Shown one piece after another: positions 1-12,340 of a stretch of 64,000 nt of DNA; the stretch's first letter is position 1, and the number at the start of each line of letters is the position of its first letter. The notes below the pieces were generated by a model, which worked only from the letters and a program-made list of their open reading frames with translations, ran no database searches and was not told the DNA's origin. Source of the DNA: Lingula anatina. Its lineage: Eukaryota > Animalia > Brachiopoda. The stretch covers positions 30,758,401-30,822,400 of the forward strand of contig CM120641.1 of assembly GCA_051362555.1 (NCBI GenBank), given 5' to 3'. The translations under genes and the position numbers were made by a program.

Positions 1-830
1 CACTATTTTAGTAGTTATGCTTTTTTTTTTTCACTTTTCAGCATATATGCAACACTGTAAACACAATATAAGAAAGACAGATAGGCCAATTGTCATTAAA
101 CTCACAGGAGTGGTCATTCCTGCTAAAATGCAGGTTAAGTTCAAAAATCAGCATAATCGGGCCATTATTTTAGAAGTTATGCTCTTCTTTACATTTCCTT
201 AGATTCAATTCTTAGGCATGTTAACAGTTTCATTATTTAATTAATAAGATATGTAAAAGTGTTTTTTTGACATTTCCTGCATCTTTACAACATTGTTAGT
301 TGATTTTGTAAAAATGATTTTAAACTTGTTATTGTATATTGTGTAATAAAGTTTCAAAAATGGAAATAAACTCATATCATTGTAGTTTGTCAGACTGAAT
401 CATTCACTGTGTTCAGAATCTCAGAATGGAAGAAATTGGACATTTAACACTGCTCTATTGATATTTTTCCCATCTCATCAATTTACTTAGTTGGTCATAT
501 AAAAATGGCAGTAAACTGTTAATTTTGTTTTATGTTAAAAATTGTTAAAAATGGAAATAAACCCATTTCAGAACAGTGCTGTCTTGTTTACATTTTGGCA
601 TTTTCAAGTTGTGACTTTGAAGTTCCATGGGCCTGAAGACCTTTGCTAGTCACATTTTCTGAATATCCATGATACTAATATTTTATTATTAAAAATTGAT
701 GGTTATTATGCTGTTAAAAATTATGTAATATTGCATCAAAATTTGAAAAAAAACCTTATTTGGGCACTGCTCCCATTGTGACCATTTAAGAAAAACCATG
801 TCAATTACTGTTCTCAAACAGTACAGTAAA
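1..830 (+). mobile_element. Partial copy of HINE-like family A (runs off the window start)
   Basis: Colinear with the body of the 29227-33049 copy (e.g. attcaattcttaggcatgtt, catgggcctgaagacctttgctagtcac). Confidence 0.75.
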
Positions 831-840
831 TATATATAAA

Positions 841-1416
841 TGTGTCTGTACATATTGCCATCACCTGCGTCTGTCGTCGCCATCATCGCCGACGCCGGCG
901 CCTTGCACTTTCATTGTAAACACGATAAGTGGAAGGCAGTTTTACTTTTGGGCTTTATATTTATAGAGCTGATGAATTTTCATAAAATGCAGGTCAAGTT
1001 CGAAAATCAGGATGATCGGGCCTTTATTGTAGAAGTTATGCTTTTTTTTTTCACTTTTCAACATATATGCAACACTGTAAACACATTTCAAGGAAAACCG
1101 ATAGGCCTGTTGTCATGAAACTCTCAGGAGTAATCGATTCCAAAAATCGACATGGTCTGAGTTGGAAAAGCAGTCTAATTGGCTTCCTTTTCTGGAAGTT
1201 ATGCATTTTCAAAGTGTGAACTTGAACTCCCATGGGCCTGAAGCCTTATGCTTGTTACACATTTAACTTACGTTGGTATTACCTGTTGAGCGTAATTAAA
1301 ATTTGATGTTGAATTTGCAGCTTAACATAATGTATTTTTGCATCAGAATTGACAGTAGCCTTTTTTGTTATTTCCTGCTTTTTGTCTGTACATTTGACAG
1401 CTTTGCTGCCTTGTTT
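841..1416 (+). mobile_element. Internally deleted HINE-like family A copy
   Basis: Starts tgtgtctgtacatattgccatcacctgcgtctgtcg and has about one 160-bp unit. Ends tgtctgtacatttgacagctttgctgccttgtttt, like the copies ending at 18297 and 33049. Confidence 0.8.
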
Positions 1417-2024
1417 TTATTTCTTTCCTCAATTGTTTTTCTTTTGTGAACTTCTCTATCGGACTTGATAGAATTTTTTTCATTTTTGACAGCCCAAGAT
1501 GAAAGCACGTGGGAAAAGAACTACATCTGACGCACGGCGTAAACTTGTACGTTCACTCATAATTTTGGGATTCAAATTTTTTGTAAAATTCTCCTTTAAT
1601 TTGCCTCCGTTGCCTTTATTACTGTTGATTATAGGCACTTCATGTACCTATAAGTCTATTTAATCAATATCATAATTTTTTATACTTTCACATTTTTTTT
1701 ACTCTCAACCTACAAATTGTTACTCGCGGTATCTCCTCTACACAAAACAATGACATAACGTTATCTGCTGTGCACTGAAGCTGGTTTAGAACAATGTGCC
1801 TCGTTTCAAATTGTCTTTCAACTTCATATCACACAGACGGAACTTCGAAAACGAGGCCACTGAGAGGGAGACTGTTGGTTACATTTCGATACGAGCGTTC
1901 GATTGCAAGCTATGGTTAGTTCTTTGCTTCTATGAAAGTGGGTGAAAACAGTGAGTTTATTTGATATTTTGCTGAAATTGCTTGTGAACATAGACAAAAT
2001 AAAAGGTGAAAATAGGCTGTAAAA

Positions 2025-2122
2025 ATAGCCAGCCCGTCGGGCGGGTAATTTGCAAATCTTACCCGCCCGGCCTGAAAGTTACCAGCCTCGGGCTGGCGGG
2101 CAGGCGGCCATTTCATACACTG
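2025..2122 (-). mobile_element. GC-rich DNA-transposon terminus, hAT-like
   Basis: The minus strand begins cagtgtatgaaatggccgcc, followed by gcccg/cgggc subterminal repeats. A similar end lies at 19575-19678. No partner TIR was found. Confidence 0.4.
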
Positions 2123-2390
2123 CTAGCAGGCACAGGACTATACTACCACAATGGAACACAATGACTCCAGACAACTACACTGTCCTAGCAGGCACAGGAC
2201 TATACTACCACAATGGAGCACAATGACTCCAGACTACTACACTGTCCTAGCAGGCACAGGACTATACTACCACAATGGAGCACAATGACTCCAGACTACT
2301 ACACTGTCCTAGCAGGCACAGGACTATACTACCACAATGGAACACAATGACTCAAGACTATTACACTGTACTAGGATACACAGGACTACT
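2116..2390. repeat. 62-bp tandem repeat, about 4.3 copies
   Basis: ctagcaggcacaggactatactacc starts at 2123, 2185, 2247 and 2309, with a degenerate copy at 2371. Confidence 0.95.
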
Positions 2391-3049
2391 GAACTTCACA
2401 TGTAACAGACAAACAAGATGATGGATGCAGCAATTTTCAAGACAGTCAAATAACAACGTGTTTCATAAATCAAATTTTCTTTCCTCTCTACGTAGGGACA
2501 TTCGCCTTTTCGGTATTATTTGTTTTACTTTAAGTTTATTAACTGGCTTTGTTTGGCAAAGAAGCAGGTTACTTTTGAAAATTGGCACAACCGATTTATA
2601 TTTATGGTAATTATTCCTGTTTTTTTTTGGCACTACTTTTGGTGATGTTCACCCCGTAACTGCCAAACCTTATTTTTGTTTTATTTTTTAGTTTACAGAG
2701 TGACTTTGTTTGGTAAAGGGGCAGGTTGCTTTCGAAAATCGGCCTGATTGGTGTACATTTATGGTAATTATTCTGTTTTATTTTTCTTTGAATATTTTAT
2801 TTTTCAAACATTAAAGGTACATACGAACCGAGCATCGGTGAAGCGTGGATTCCCAGTAACACATATAAACCACTTCTACTAGATTCTTATATGACTCAAA
2901 TAAATTCGACATGCCAAGGGATAAACTGAATAGATCACTCGATCAGCCATAAAAGATCTTTAGACTGCTCCTTTCTTTAAATTTTTGGTTGTAAATTTAA
3001 CCTACTTTCGTGACCTACTTTCCTGCCCCATTGACATACAGCTTAGAAT

Positions 3050-4150
3050 GCCAGCAGAAAAATCAATTCAAACATCATTTTCGGGTAAAATTAAACAATG
3101 CCTTTTGGTAATTCTCTTAGTTATACTACTTGAAACTATATGCTGGCATTTGGTTGGTTTTTGTGACAAAAAATTGACTTTGTATGCATCTTTAACATTT
3201 TCAGTGTCTTTTATAGCCCATGAAACTGAATCACTTGTTAGTTTTTCAATATCCATGTTACTAAGTGTATCTTGGTACTCGCTCTTTGATGTTTTGAACA
3301 TGTTTATTGCTGGAAATTGTGGATAGCCTCATTTATTGAGTTCAATATATATATATATATCATGTTCAGCTTGTTTTTGAAAGGGGGTCCTCTCAAACAT
3401 GCATTTTTATTGAATTTACATAACAATTAAGGGAAATTGCTCATTAAATTTAAATGTGAGTATCAGGAATTTTAAAACTTGTCTACCTATTTTGCCTCTT
3501 TAAAAATTATACTTCTCTATTTAAGATAATCAAATTCTATTTACTTTGCCCATTTCATTTATAAGGCTTATAGCTCCATATAGCAGGCATCACCTTAATT
3601 AGCTTGTGGTCTTCAAAAGTGCATTTTAATTAAGTAAAATTGTTTTTACACTTAATTCTTCATGTTTGGATTTAATCTCTTATAAATGACAAGTATTTTT
3701 TTAATGTGATTTTTGTCATTTATTTTTCTTTATACATGTGGCACTGGAAAGTTTTTTTCACAAAAACTTTTTTCTTTGGTGTTTCTCAGCAGTTCTAGTA
3801 CTATCATGTCTGGCTGCATGATTTTTGATGTGCCTTCCCAGTTTTTTCTTATTTATTTATTTATTTTTCATTTATTTTTACTGCTTGTTAACCTCTCATT
3901 GGTGGAAACTTTTCAGCCTCTTGCAATGTGCTGTAAAACCTATAGGTTATAAGTTATATAACTTTGCCTGGTTTTTCTGAAATAGAGAAACAGCATATGA
4001 AGTCTTCATGTCAAAGAGTAAGTTACATGATGTTCCTGACCCCTTCCAGTCACTTTTATTCTTCAGCCCTTTCTGACCTTTTATCTTGTAGTCAAACCTA
4101 ATTGTTAACTTTTAATTATCAATTTTATCATTTGAGGCCTAGGGCTTTAA
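3050..4150 (-). pseudogene. Degenerate DDE transposase, Mutator-like (PF20700-type)/Kolobok-related
   Basis: Minus-strand motifs occur in the expected order across frameshifts: DWKGSGTSCNL (~4050), PGKVI (~3965), RKNWEGTSKIMQPDM (~3850-3805), DKNHIKK (~3717-3695), QKPTKCQHIVSSS (~3165-3125). They resemble the WQKRGSG..YNS / GKV / NW.GSSK.ME.D / D.NH..K / KAPK..H motifs recalled for this family. Confidence 0.6.
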
Positions 4151-4357
4151 GAGATAAAAGCTGTTGTCGAATTTCCTATTTCTGTATTACTCTGACAGTC
4201 TTATTACATGTACAATCTTAATACAGATTGGTTAGGAATTGAACATTTGCGTGCATCAACATCATACCTGGTACATGCATGTTAGGGTGATATTAATTGA
4301 ACAAAAGCATGTGAATATCTTCTTTTAAAAAGTTGGTGTATCTTGGCAAATTGACAC

Positions 4358-4636
4358 CATGCTGAGTGTCCCTTCCCCCTGAGGGCAGTTTCCCTGTCCG
4401 CCACTTTAGCCTTTAAAAAGTTATTTGTCAAGATTATTCTAACAGTGGCCTTGGCTGTTCAAAATAAAAAAGTAAAATACAAAGATACTCTGCCCTGAGA
4501 GATGGGACTACCATACTGCTGAACCTTGACAGGTTCTCACCTCTCTTGGGGTCCCATCCCCCAAGGGAAGTTCCCCTGCCCACTAGTTTAGCTTTTAATA
4601 GGTTTTCTTTGAGAATTACTCTTACTGTGGCCTTGG
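4358..4636 (-). other. Pair of tandem-duplicated candidate exons (4541-4636 and 4358-4454)
   Basis: Both follow the acceptor ttttattttgaacag and translate without stops: KATVRVILKENLLKAKLVGR and KATVRIILTNNFLKAKVADR. The first is 96 bp with a G|GTGAGA donor. Confidence 0.35.
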
Positions 4637-6124
4637 CTGTTCAAAATAAAATATGGAATGTAAAGAAATCTTTGATTACCCATCTATCTTTTAGGATGGA
4701 ATAAAATCTACCATTTTTTCATTTCTTTAACTAAAGTTCCACTCAGAGGTGGAGTTCTTGGGCAGGAGAGCTGGAAGGTGTACTCTGTGAGGAATTGATA
4801 AAGGTATAAAAATACCTAAACATGTGGAACTTTCATTTTCTTTTTCAATTTAAAAGCAAGTTATTTTCATCTTAGATCATCATTTTCTCATTTTGATATT
4901 TAAAAAAAAGAGTATACTATATGTGGCTTTACAATTTTTCACTCTATGGTGAAAGCTGTGGGCGGGAGCATCGCTGCCCTCAGAGAAGGGACACCCAAAT
5001 TATTGTGTATTGTAAGGTTGAAACCACGATGGGTTTCCCAGTCTCCTAGGACAGTCCCATACCAAACACCTCCAGCTGTCAGATTATCTAAAAATAAATT
5101 TTCATTTATTATATTGGTATTATCATTTCTTTTTCAGACTGGTTCCTTGCAACGCAGTAAATGATATGACTAGTAAGGTATATAATGATGGACTTGTGTG
5201 GGACATCTTTTCTTCCAGGTATGCCTGTCTCTACAGTCTATTACTCTGCTGTTAGTAAATTTCATATGAAACAATACTGCCCCAATTCCAGTGATATTTT
5301 TTTAAAAATTTCAGTGTTTATCATCAGACTTTGGAAATAATTTCTCTTTCCTTAACTGTTGCACAACTTGTGTATTGGTCTGGTTAAAAGTTGTACAATC
5401 TTAAATCTCTGCCTTGTGGAAGGAGGGACTCCTGGGTGTCCTTAGTTTTTTTTTTTTCGCCCATTTTTTTTCTCTGATGGTTTTCTGTGAATTGTTTACC
5501 TGTTACTGATAACAGTCAGTGTGAGGTGTTGCCTTTTGAGTGACAGATTTGTGTTCAAAATGAAAACAGTTAAACATGGAATTGATATGTGCATTTATTA
5601 GTTAATCCGTTTTTCTGAATATTTTTTCTCTTTGATTTTTCTTTTATAAAGTTATTTTCTTTTATGTATAAATCAAGCATGACATTGATTTAGTTACATT
5701 TTTGAACGATTACATTAGTACTAGCCAGTTTACATTGTATGAGCCTGGCATGTATTTATTCTTCTCCAAATTGTTCAGTGTGTTTAAACTGTGACTTCTA
5801 CAACTGTGGTCCCTAATTTACTGCATCATTATCTTTACAAGTTAAGGTATGTATTAGCTAGTATTTGTATGTGCATGTTTCATGAGTGCATTAAAGGAGT
5901 ACATAATGATGTATAGACATTTCTGTCAGGGCTCTGTCTTCAGCACTGTTAACATCTGCTACAATTCTGGTAATAAAACTTTCTGCCATGACAATAACCA
6001 AGAGTTGGGTTTGTTTTTGTTTCAGTAAAAGTGGAGAATGACATAAAGTGGTCATTTGTTTTTTTTAGTTGAGTGATGTAGAGGTTTTAAATTAAAACCC
6101 CATGATGGAAATTTTCTACTTTAA

Positions 6125-6421
6125 GGGGCAGTTCATAAAAATAAAAACATTATTTAAAAGTCACATATGGATAAAGTTATAAATGAAAAAAAGTTTGGAT
6201 GAAAGTCAAAGCTTTTGAACTATAATAATCAAAATCCATTTATGGTGTACAGGCCAAATTATTTGTTTAGGCCCATATTCAAAGATGTTGGTTTGAAAAA
6301 ATTGCCCTTTTTGCTGGAAAGGGTCCAAAACTTATCATGGTACCATTACTGTGATGTATCCCAAGTTGGATCAACTGAAGGAGTAAAGAAAATCCACTTT
6401 TTTGGATTATGACAACCCCCC
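6125..6421. mobile_element. Kolobok-like MITE with TTAA TSD
   Basis: ttaa|ggggcagttcataa ... ttatgacaacccccc|ttaa; imperfect TIRs. Confidence 0.5.
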
Positions 6422-6425
6422 TTAA

Positions 6426-6762
6426 AGGGATAATAACTCTTCGTTTGGGCCAAAAAATGAATTTTCCTGGAGTAAACAAGAATTTTCCCATACTTACCAA
6501 TGGTTAATGCATCCATTTTTACATTCAAAGTTAGTCCCTGGTTTTTTTCTAAAAAGTTTGGTTTTTTGTTAAAATCTCTTAAGAGATTTTAACAGAGTAT
6601 AGCCATCAGTGGAGGTCACGTGGTCTAAAGACAAGCTCAGATATCAGAATAATAGCTATAACTGCCGTTTTTGTGGTAAAACAGGATATATTATATTTCT
6701 ATGAGTTATTCACAATATTTTTATTGTGAAATATAGATCTCATACGAAGAGTTATTATCCCT
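6426..6762. mobile_element. Kolobok-like MITE with TTAA TSD
   Basis: Perfect 19-bp TIR agggataataactcttcgt / acgaagagttattatccct flanked by TTAA. Related fragments lie at about 17310-17470 and 20143-20330. Confidence 0.8.
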
Positions 6763-7435
6763 TTAAGCATCCCACCCTTCAACATTGCTAGCTACTTATA
6801 AATATTAAAATCACCTTTTAGGAAATTTTTCTCTTTTATTTAGAAAAGAAAGAAAGACAAAACCCATTTAATAACATATAATCAATATTTTATTGTACCA
6901 GTAAAATAAAGGTATTTTAAGAAAATGATATTCTGAAGTGTTCAAACTGGCTGCCACAGAGATAATAATAGATGTGCACTGACAACCCTGAAAAATGAAA
7001 GATGAAAATATTAAAATATAATTCAGTTAAAATGTGTTAGCTGTAAAAAGATGTTGACAGTAACTCTATAACCAACAGCTCCTGGCTCCTATCACATAAT
7101 TACTGCTTTCATGTACAGTTTTACCAGCTGACTAAGTTTTTCTCCAAAACTCTTTAAATTAACTTTGTTATGATGTCATTAAAGCAAGGAAACAAGAAAA
7201 GAACTTTCTTGTGACTGTATAATGAAACCGTTTTTTTATAAATACTGTATTTTTTTTTCATTTCTAAATGTCTGAAATGATTAGTTTTAATAATGAATGA
7301 TAATAATTATAACCATTTATGTTCTTGGCCTGCATCTGAACCAAGATGTGAAAAGACTTAACATCCTCCTCCACCTTGATTGGCAGCAGTCCTTGGGAGC
7401 TGAAATATATGACACAGTATTACTTACTAATATGC

Positions 7436-7590
7436 AACTAGAGGATCAGAGAGGCGATACCGCCTCTGAATATTGTACCACCAGCTGGAGTAAGTGCGAT
7501 CGTATAGACCCCCCCACACACACAAAAAAGGGACACCACCACCAGTCTTGTGCTTGAAAAAATGCAATCAACAAGAATTCTCAATAAATG

Positions 7591-7642
<52 letters not shown>

Positions 7643-10073
7643 CTAAAAATGGTACAATCAAAGTTTAGTTCATAGTAAGGTAGGTCAAAGGTCAATTTCA
7701 AGGTCACAGTAAATTTTCAGTATATGACTTCCTATTCAAGTTCAATAGCAACTATGGACCTATCTCTGCCAGTTTTGGAGATAAAAAGGAACCAAAATTT
7801 GTAAACTTCAATTCATGATGAAAAGTAGGTCAAAGGTCAATTTCAAGGTCACACTTAGATTGACAGTATATGACTTCCTATTCAAATTCAATAGTAACCA
7901 TGGAACTATCCCTGCCAGTTTTGGAGATAAAAGGGAACCAAAATTTGTAAAGTTCAATTCATGGTAAAAAGTAGGTCAAAGGTCAACTTTAAGGTCACAG
8001 TAAATTGCCTCTAATGACTTCATGTTCAAGTTCAATAGTAACAATGGACCTATCTCTGCCAGTTTTGGAGATAAAAGGGAACCAAAATTTGTAAACTTCA
8101 ATTCATGATGAAAAGTAGGTCAAAGGTCAATTTCAAGGTCACACTTAGATTGCCTCTAATGACTTCTATTCAAATTCAATAGTTACTATGGGTGTATCTC
8201 TGCCAGTTTTGAAAATAAAAGCATTAAAAAGTTGCAAAGTTCAGTTTATGGTGTAAAGTACGTCAAAGGTCAATTTCAAGGTCACAGTTAGATTGCCAGT
8301 ATATGACTTCCTATTTAAGTTCAATAGTAACCATGGACCTATCTCTCTCTGCCAGTTTTGGAGATAAAAGGGAATCAAAATTTGCAAAGTTCAATTCATG
8401 ATGAAAAGTAGGTCAAAAGTCAATTTCAAGGTCACATTTAGATTGCCAGTATATGACTTCCTATTCAAGTTCAATAGTAACTATGGATCTATCTCTGCTA
8501 GTTTTGGCGATAAAAGGGAACAAAATTTGCAAAGTTCAATTCATGATGAAAAGTAGGTCAAAGGTCAATTTTAAGGTCACATTTAGATTGCCAGTATATG
8601 ACTTCCTATTCAAGTTCAATAGTAACTATGGACCTATCTCTGCTAGTTTTGGAGATAAAAGGGACCAAAATTTGCAAAGTTCAGTTCATGGTTAAAAGTA
8701 GGTCAAAGGGCAATTTTAAGGTCACAGTAAATTGCCTCTAATGACTTTCTATTCAAATTCAATAGTAACTATGAGCGTATCTCTGCCAGTTTTGAAAATA
8801 AAAGCATTAAAAAGTTGCAAAGTTCAGTTTATCGTGTAAAGTACGTCAAAGGTCAATTTCAAGGTCACAGTTAGATTGCCAGTATATGACTTCCTATTTA
8901 AGTTCAATAGTAACCATGGACCTATCTCTGCCAGTTTTGGAGATATTAAAAAGGGAATCAAAATTTGCAAAGTTCAATTCATGATGGAAAGTAGGTCAAA
9001 GGTCAACTTCAAGGTCACATTTAGATTGCCAGTATATGACTTCCTATTCAACTTCAATAGTAACAATGGACCTATCTCTGCCAGTTTTGGAGATATAAGG
9101 GACTAAATGTTATAATTTTGGAGTTACAATAATGTGCCATAAATTTCCTACAGAAAAAATAAATTAAAATAAAGAAAAGGTCTTTTTGGTCAAAATTCTT
9201 GAAATGGGAGGTGCTCTGAAGTTCCAGATGTTCAAATTTGATGAAATAATGTCATTTTTGATCACAAGTTGCCTGCCAAGCCTTATGTTTTATTTTTCCG
9301 GGGTTCAAAATTTATTATCCATTACCGTACTGCACATTTTGCTTTCACCACCAATATGTACTTTTTGATACAACGTAACTAGAAAACCGTATGGAATACA
9401 AAAAAATGGAGATCACCCCCCAGTGTTGGGCTTTACATGCTGTACAAAATGCAAAAAAGAATGGGTCTCTAGCATTAACGGTTCCCGAATTAGAGACAGT
9501 TTTCAGTTTCGGTATCTTATGGCCGCTACCCCGGTGAAAATGCACCGATTGACCCCAAATTCACGGAGATGAAAGATGACATGAAGGGTAACACTTTCCA
9601 ATAATATTATTGGTTAAGTCTGTGTGGTGTCTGAATAACAGCGCAAATAATTTTTTTTCGTAAAAAATTTCGATTTTTGAAAATTTTGGCCCGTTTGACC
9701 TTGAAATAAAGGTCAAAGGTAAAATCTAAGGGCATATTTGAAATCTACACATATGACTTTTGGAAAGCCGTCTGTAGAAAATTTTCCCATAATTCCTTCC
9801 GTAGGGTAGATAATTAGCATTTAATTTTGCCATTTTTGGACAAGGGTGCATTGCAATGAGTGCCACACCTAGATCCTAATACCGACAAAACCTAAATTTT
9901 ACGTGGAACGAGTTGAGATTATAGGTGACCTAAATCCAAGAGATGGGTACGGAGGTCCTTACCGTCAAGGAGGAGAAGCGGTAACGGTAACATGCTGGCG
10001 GAGCCGGTGGAACGATCCGGACGGGACTAAAACCATGTGTACCGCCAGCGCCTACGCTGGTGGTACAATAATA
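7436..10073 (-). mobile_element. HINE/Helentron-type non-autonomous element (family B) with internal tandem array
   Basis: 15-bp subTIRs tattgtaccaccagc (7471-7485) / gctggtggtacaata (10056-10070). 5' hairpin at 10038-10068, 3' hairpin agaggcg-atac-cgcctct, and a CTAGTT terminus on the minus strand. Confidence 0.8.
7680..9105. repeat. ~145-bp tandem repeat, about 10 copies
   Basis: aggtcaaaggtcaatttcaaggtcac or close variants recur at about 7682, 7827, 7973, 8117, 8260, 8410, 8555, 8700, 8843 and 8993. Confidence 0.95.
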
Positions 10074-10225
10074 AATAACCTTCAATAAGCAGTCAGTACA
10101 TCTTATTTTATGTATGAAACTGCATCAAAATATTTACCATTGATTAGAGTTAACAAATTTGCGAAGTATCATTTTAAACTTACAAAAAGCACAAACTGTG
10201 TTGGCAAAATATAAGGAATGTGTAT

Positions 10226-10261
<36 letters not shown>

Positions 10262-11994
10262 ATTCACAGTCACATTCCATCAGCATAATAAATAGAAAAG
10301 GTCGATATGAAGTTTCATTCTAGACCATGATTTCCAGAGTGACGTGTGTATTTGAAATGGGGTGTGTGTGTGTGTGTGTGTGTGTGGGGGGGGGGGGGGG
10401 GTAACATTACTCATGATAGTGCGTATTTTATCTCGTTGGAGTTTAATGAAGCTGTTATTTTCAGATGTTCTCGTAGATACCCGTGAGATTAACTTCTATA
10501 AATAATGTATTTTATCTCAAGAGCTCCGATCCAGCGACGGAAAGCATAAAGCTAGTTTTTTGTTTTACCCATTTAGTTTTAGGATTTTTCAGATTTCAGG
10601 ACGATTAAAAACTGACAATATTTGGACGTTGAATCATGGCGGGTCTAAGGCACTAGATGTATAAGACAAACGAAGTGTATAAATAAACACATTGCCTGCC
10701 TTTAAACTAGGGCATAAAACTGACCATGTGTGGTTTGATTGACGGCGCAGGTTTATAGATGTGGCTAGTACACAGTAGCAAGAATGTATGTGTTTCCACT
10801 GTAGGTAGAGAACTCTACTTGGCAGAGAGGTTTTAATTTTGCTCCACACTAGGTGTACATTAATATCTTTAACAAACCGTCTATTCCATTATTCGTGTTA
10901 TAGAAGTATCTCTTTTGTAACTATGACATAAATGTTATGACTTGCAATAACAAGCTGTAAAAATAGGCTTTTCTATTGATATGCAACATAAATGTTTCGA
11001 AAATATCTCGGTCGTTTAAAAAGATTGACCTCCTGGCCTATATACTTAATGAAAACGCTTAGGTCGGAAAGTCTGAAATCTGAATGATTTGAAACGGTCA
11101 GCTGTCCAGATAGATGTCGGGGAGAATGAAATACTGGGGATTCATAAAACTGGTGTAGCGCCGCATTTTGCAACCAATGAAAATCGTGAAAACGAATTTT
11201 TCAACCGGAACGCATTTTGCAACCAGAATTTTTTCTTAGTCAATAAATAGCTAGTGTGAAGTTCTATAGAGGTAGAATTGGAATGGGGACGGGGTGGTCT
11301 CGGCTAGGTACGCTTACATTGGTCAAGCTTTCCCTGTGGTGGACAATTCATTATATACATACATAATCTATTTCACATTGTTACTTCCTAAACCATCATA
11401 GTTAAGAACTTGATACGTCGGGGATTAATAAACCTATCATTATAGGAATTTGCAAAGGCTCTTCGGAATTCAATTGTGACTTGGGGTGTGGTCGACCCTG
11501 GGGGTGGTCTATTCTAATTTTTACATCGGATTTTATTTTTTTTTGGGGGGGGGGGGGGGCTGGGGGCGGTTGAGTCTAATTGACATTGTTATTCCTGCCA
11601 TATGTATCCTTAAGAACAATAAAGCTGGGAACGTAAGGCTATGGGGACTGAAAAATCTGTCTTTTGGGATGTGTATGGGTCCTTCTGGGTTTTTGTGACA
11701 TTGGGTGTGGCCGTCCCTGGGGAGGTTGATTTTAAATTTTACATCGTTATTCGTGCTTCTACCCTTACGCCATTACAGTTAGGAACATGAAACCTTCCGG
11801 GCTGATAAGCTTACCATTGAGGATATGCATAGGTTTCCGGGAATGTTAGTATGATATTTCAGGTGTGGCTATCCCGGGGGGTGGTTGATTCTGTTTTTCA
11901 CAACTTTATTTCTGCCATCTATACCCTTAAATTTTAAGGAACATGAAACGGAAATTGATGAACCAGTCATTTTAATGAATGTGCAAGGGTCCTT

Positions 11995-12340
11995 GAGAAA
12001 TGTAGAGAACAGCAGAAGCACATACAGAACTAAATGGACTTCCAGCCATATGCATAAATATAGGTCAGGGAATCCAATTAAAAACTAATTCAAGGCCCCA
12101 CACACTCTATCAGGAATCCTAGCGTTTGACTGCTGTTGTGTCTTAACACAAAACAAAATGTTTATTTCCCAAGAGCAGTAATTAACATGTGTGTTTTATG
12201 TTAAAGAACAATGGGACTTGGACCCTAGGATTCCTGAGAGTATGGGGTCTTGAATGGGTTTTAATTAACTTGACCTATATTTAAGAATACGACTGAAGGT
12301 CTGTTATTTAGTACTGTCTGCTGCTTTCTCTACATTTCCC
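11995..12340. mobile_element. Palindromic MITE
   Basis: gaaatgtagagaacagcag...caggaatcctag is the inverted copy of ctaggattcctg...ctgctgctttctctacatttc. Confidence 0.65.

Noticed and set aside
2116-2390. 62-bp repeat as a possible CRISPR array or coding repeat
   Set aside because: The units are contiguous and near-identical with no spacers, and 62 is not a multiple of 3.
8453-9106. ORFs within the 145-bp array
   Set aside because: Repeat-derived, with frames not maintained between units.
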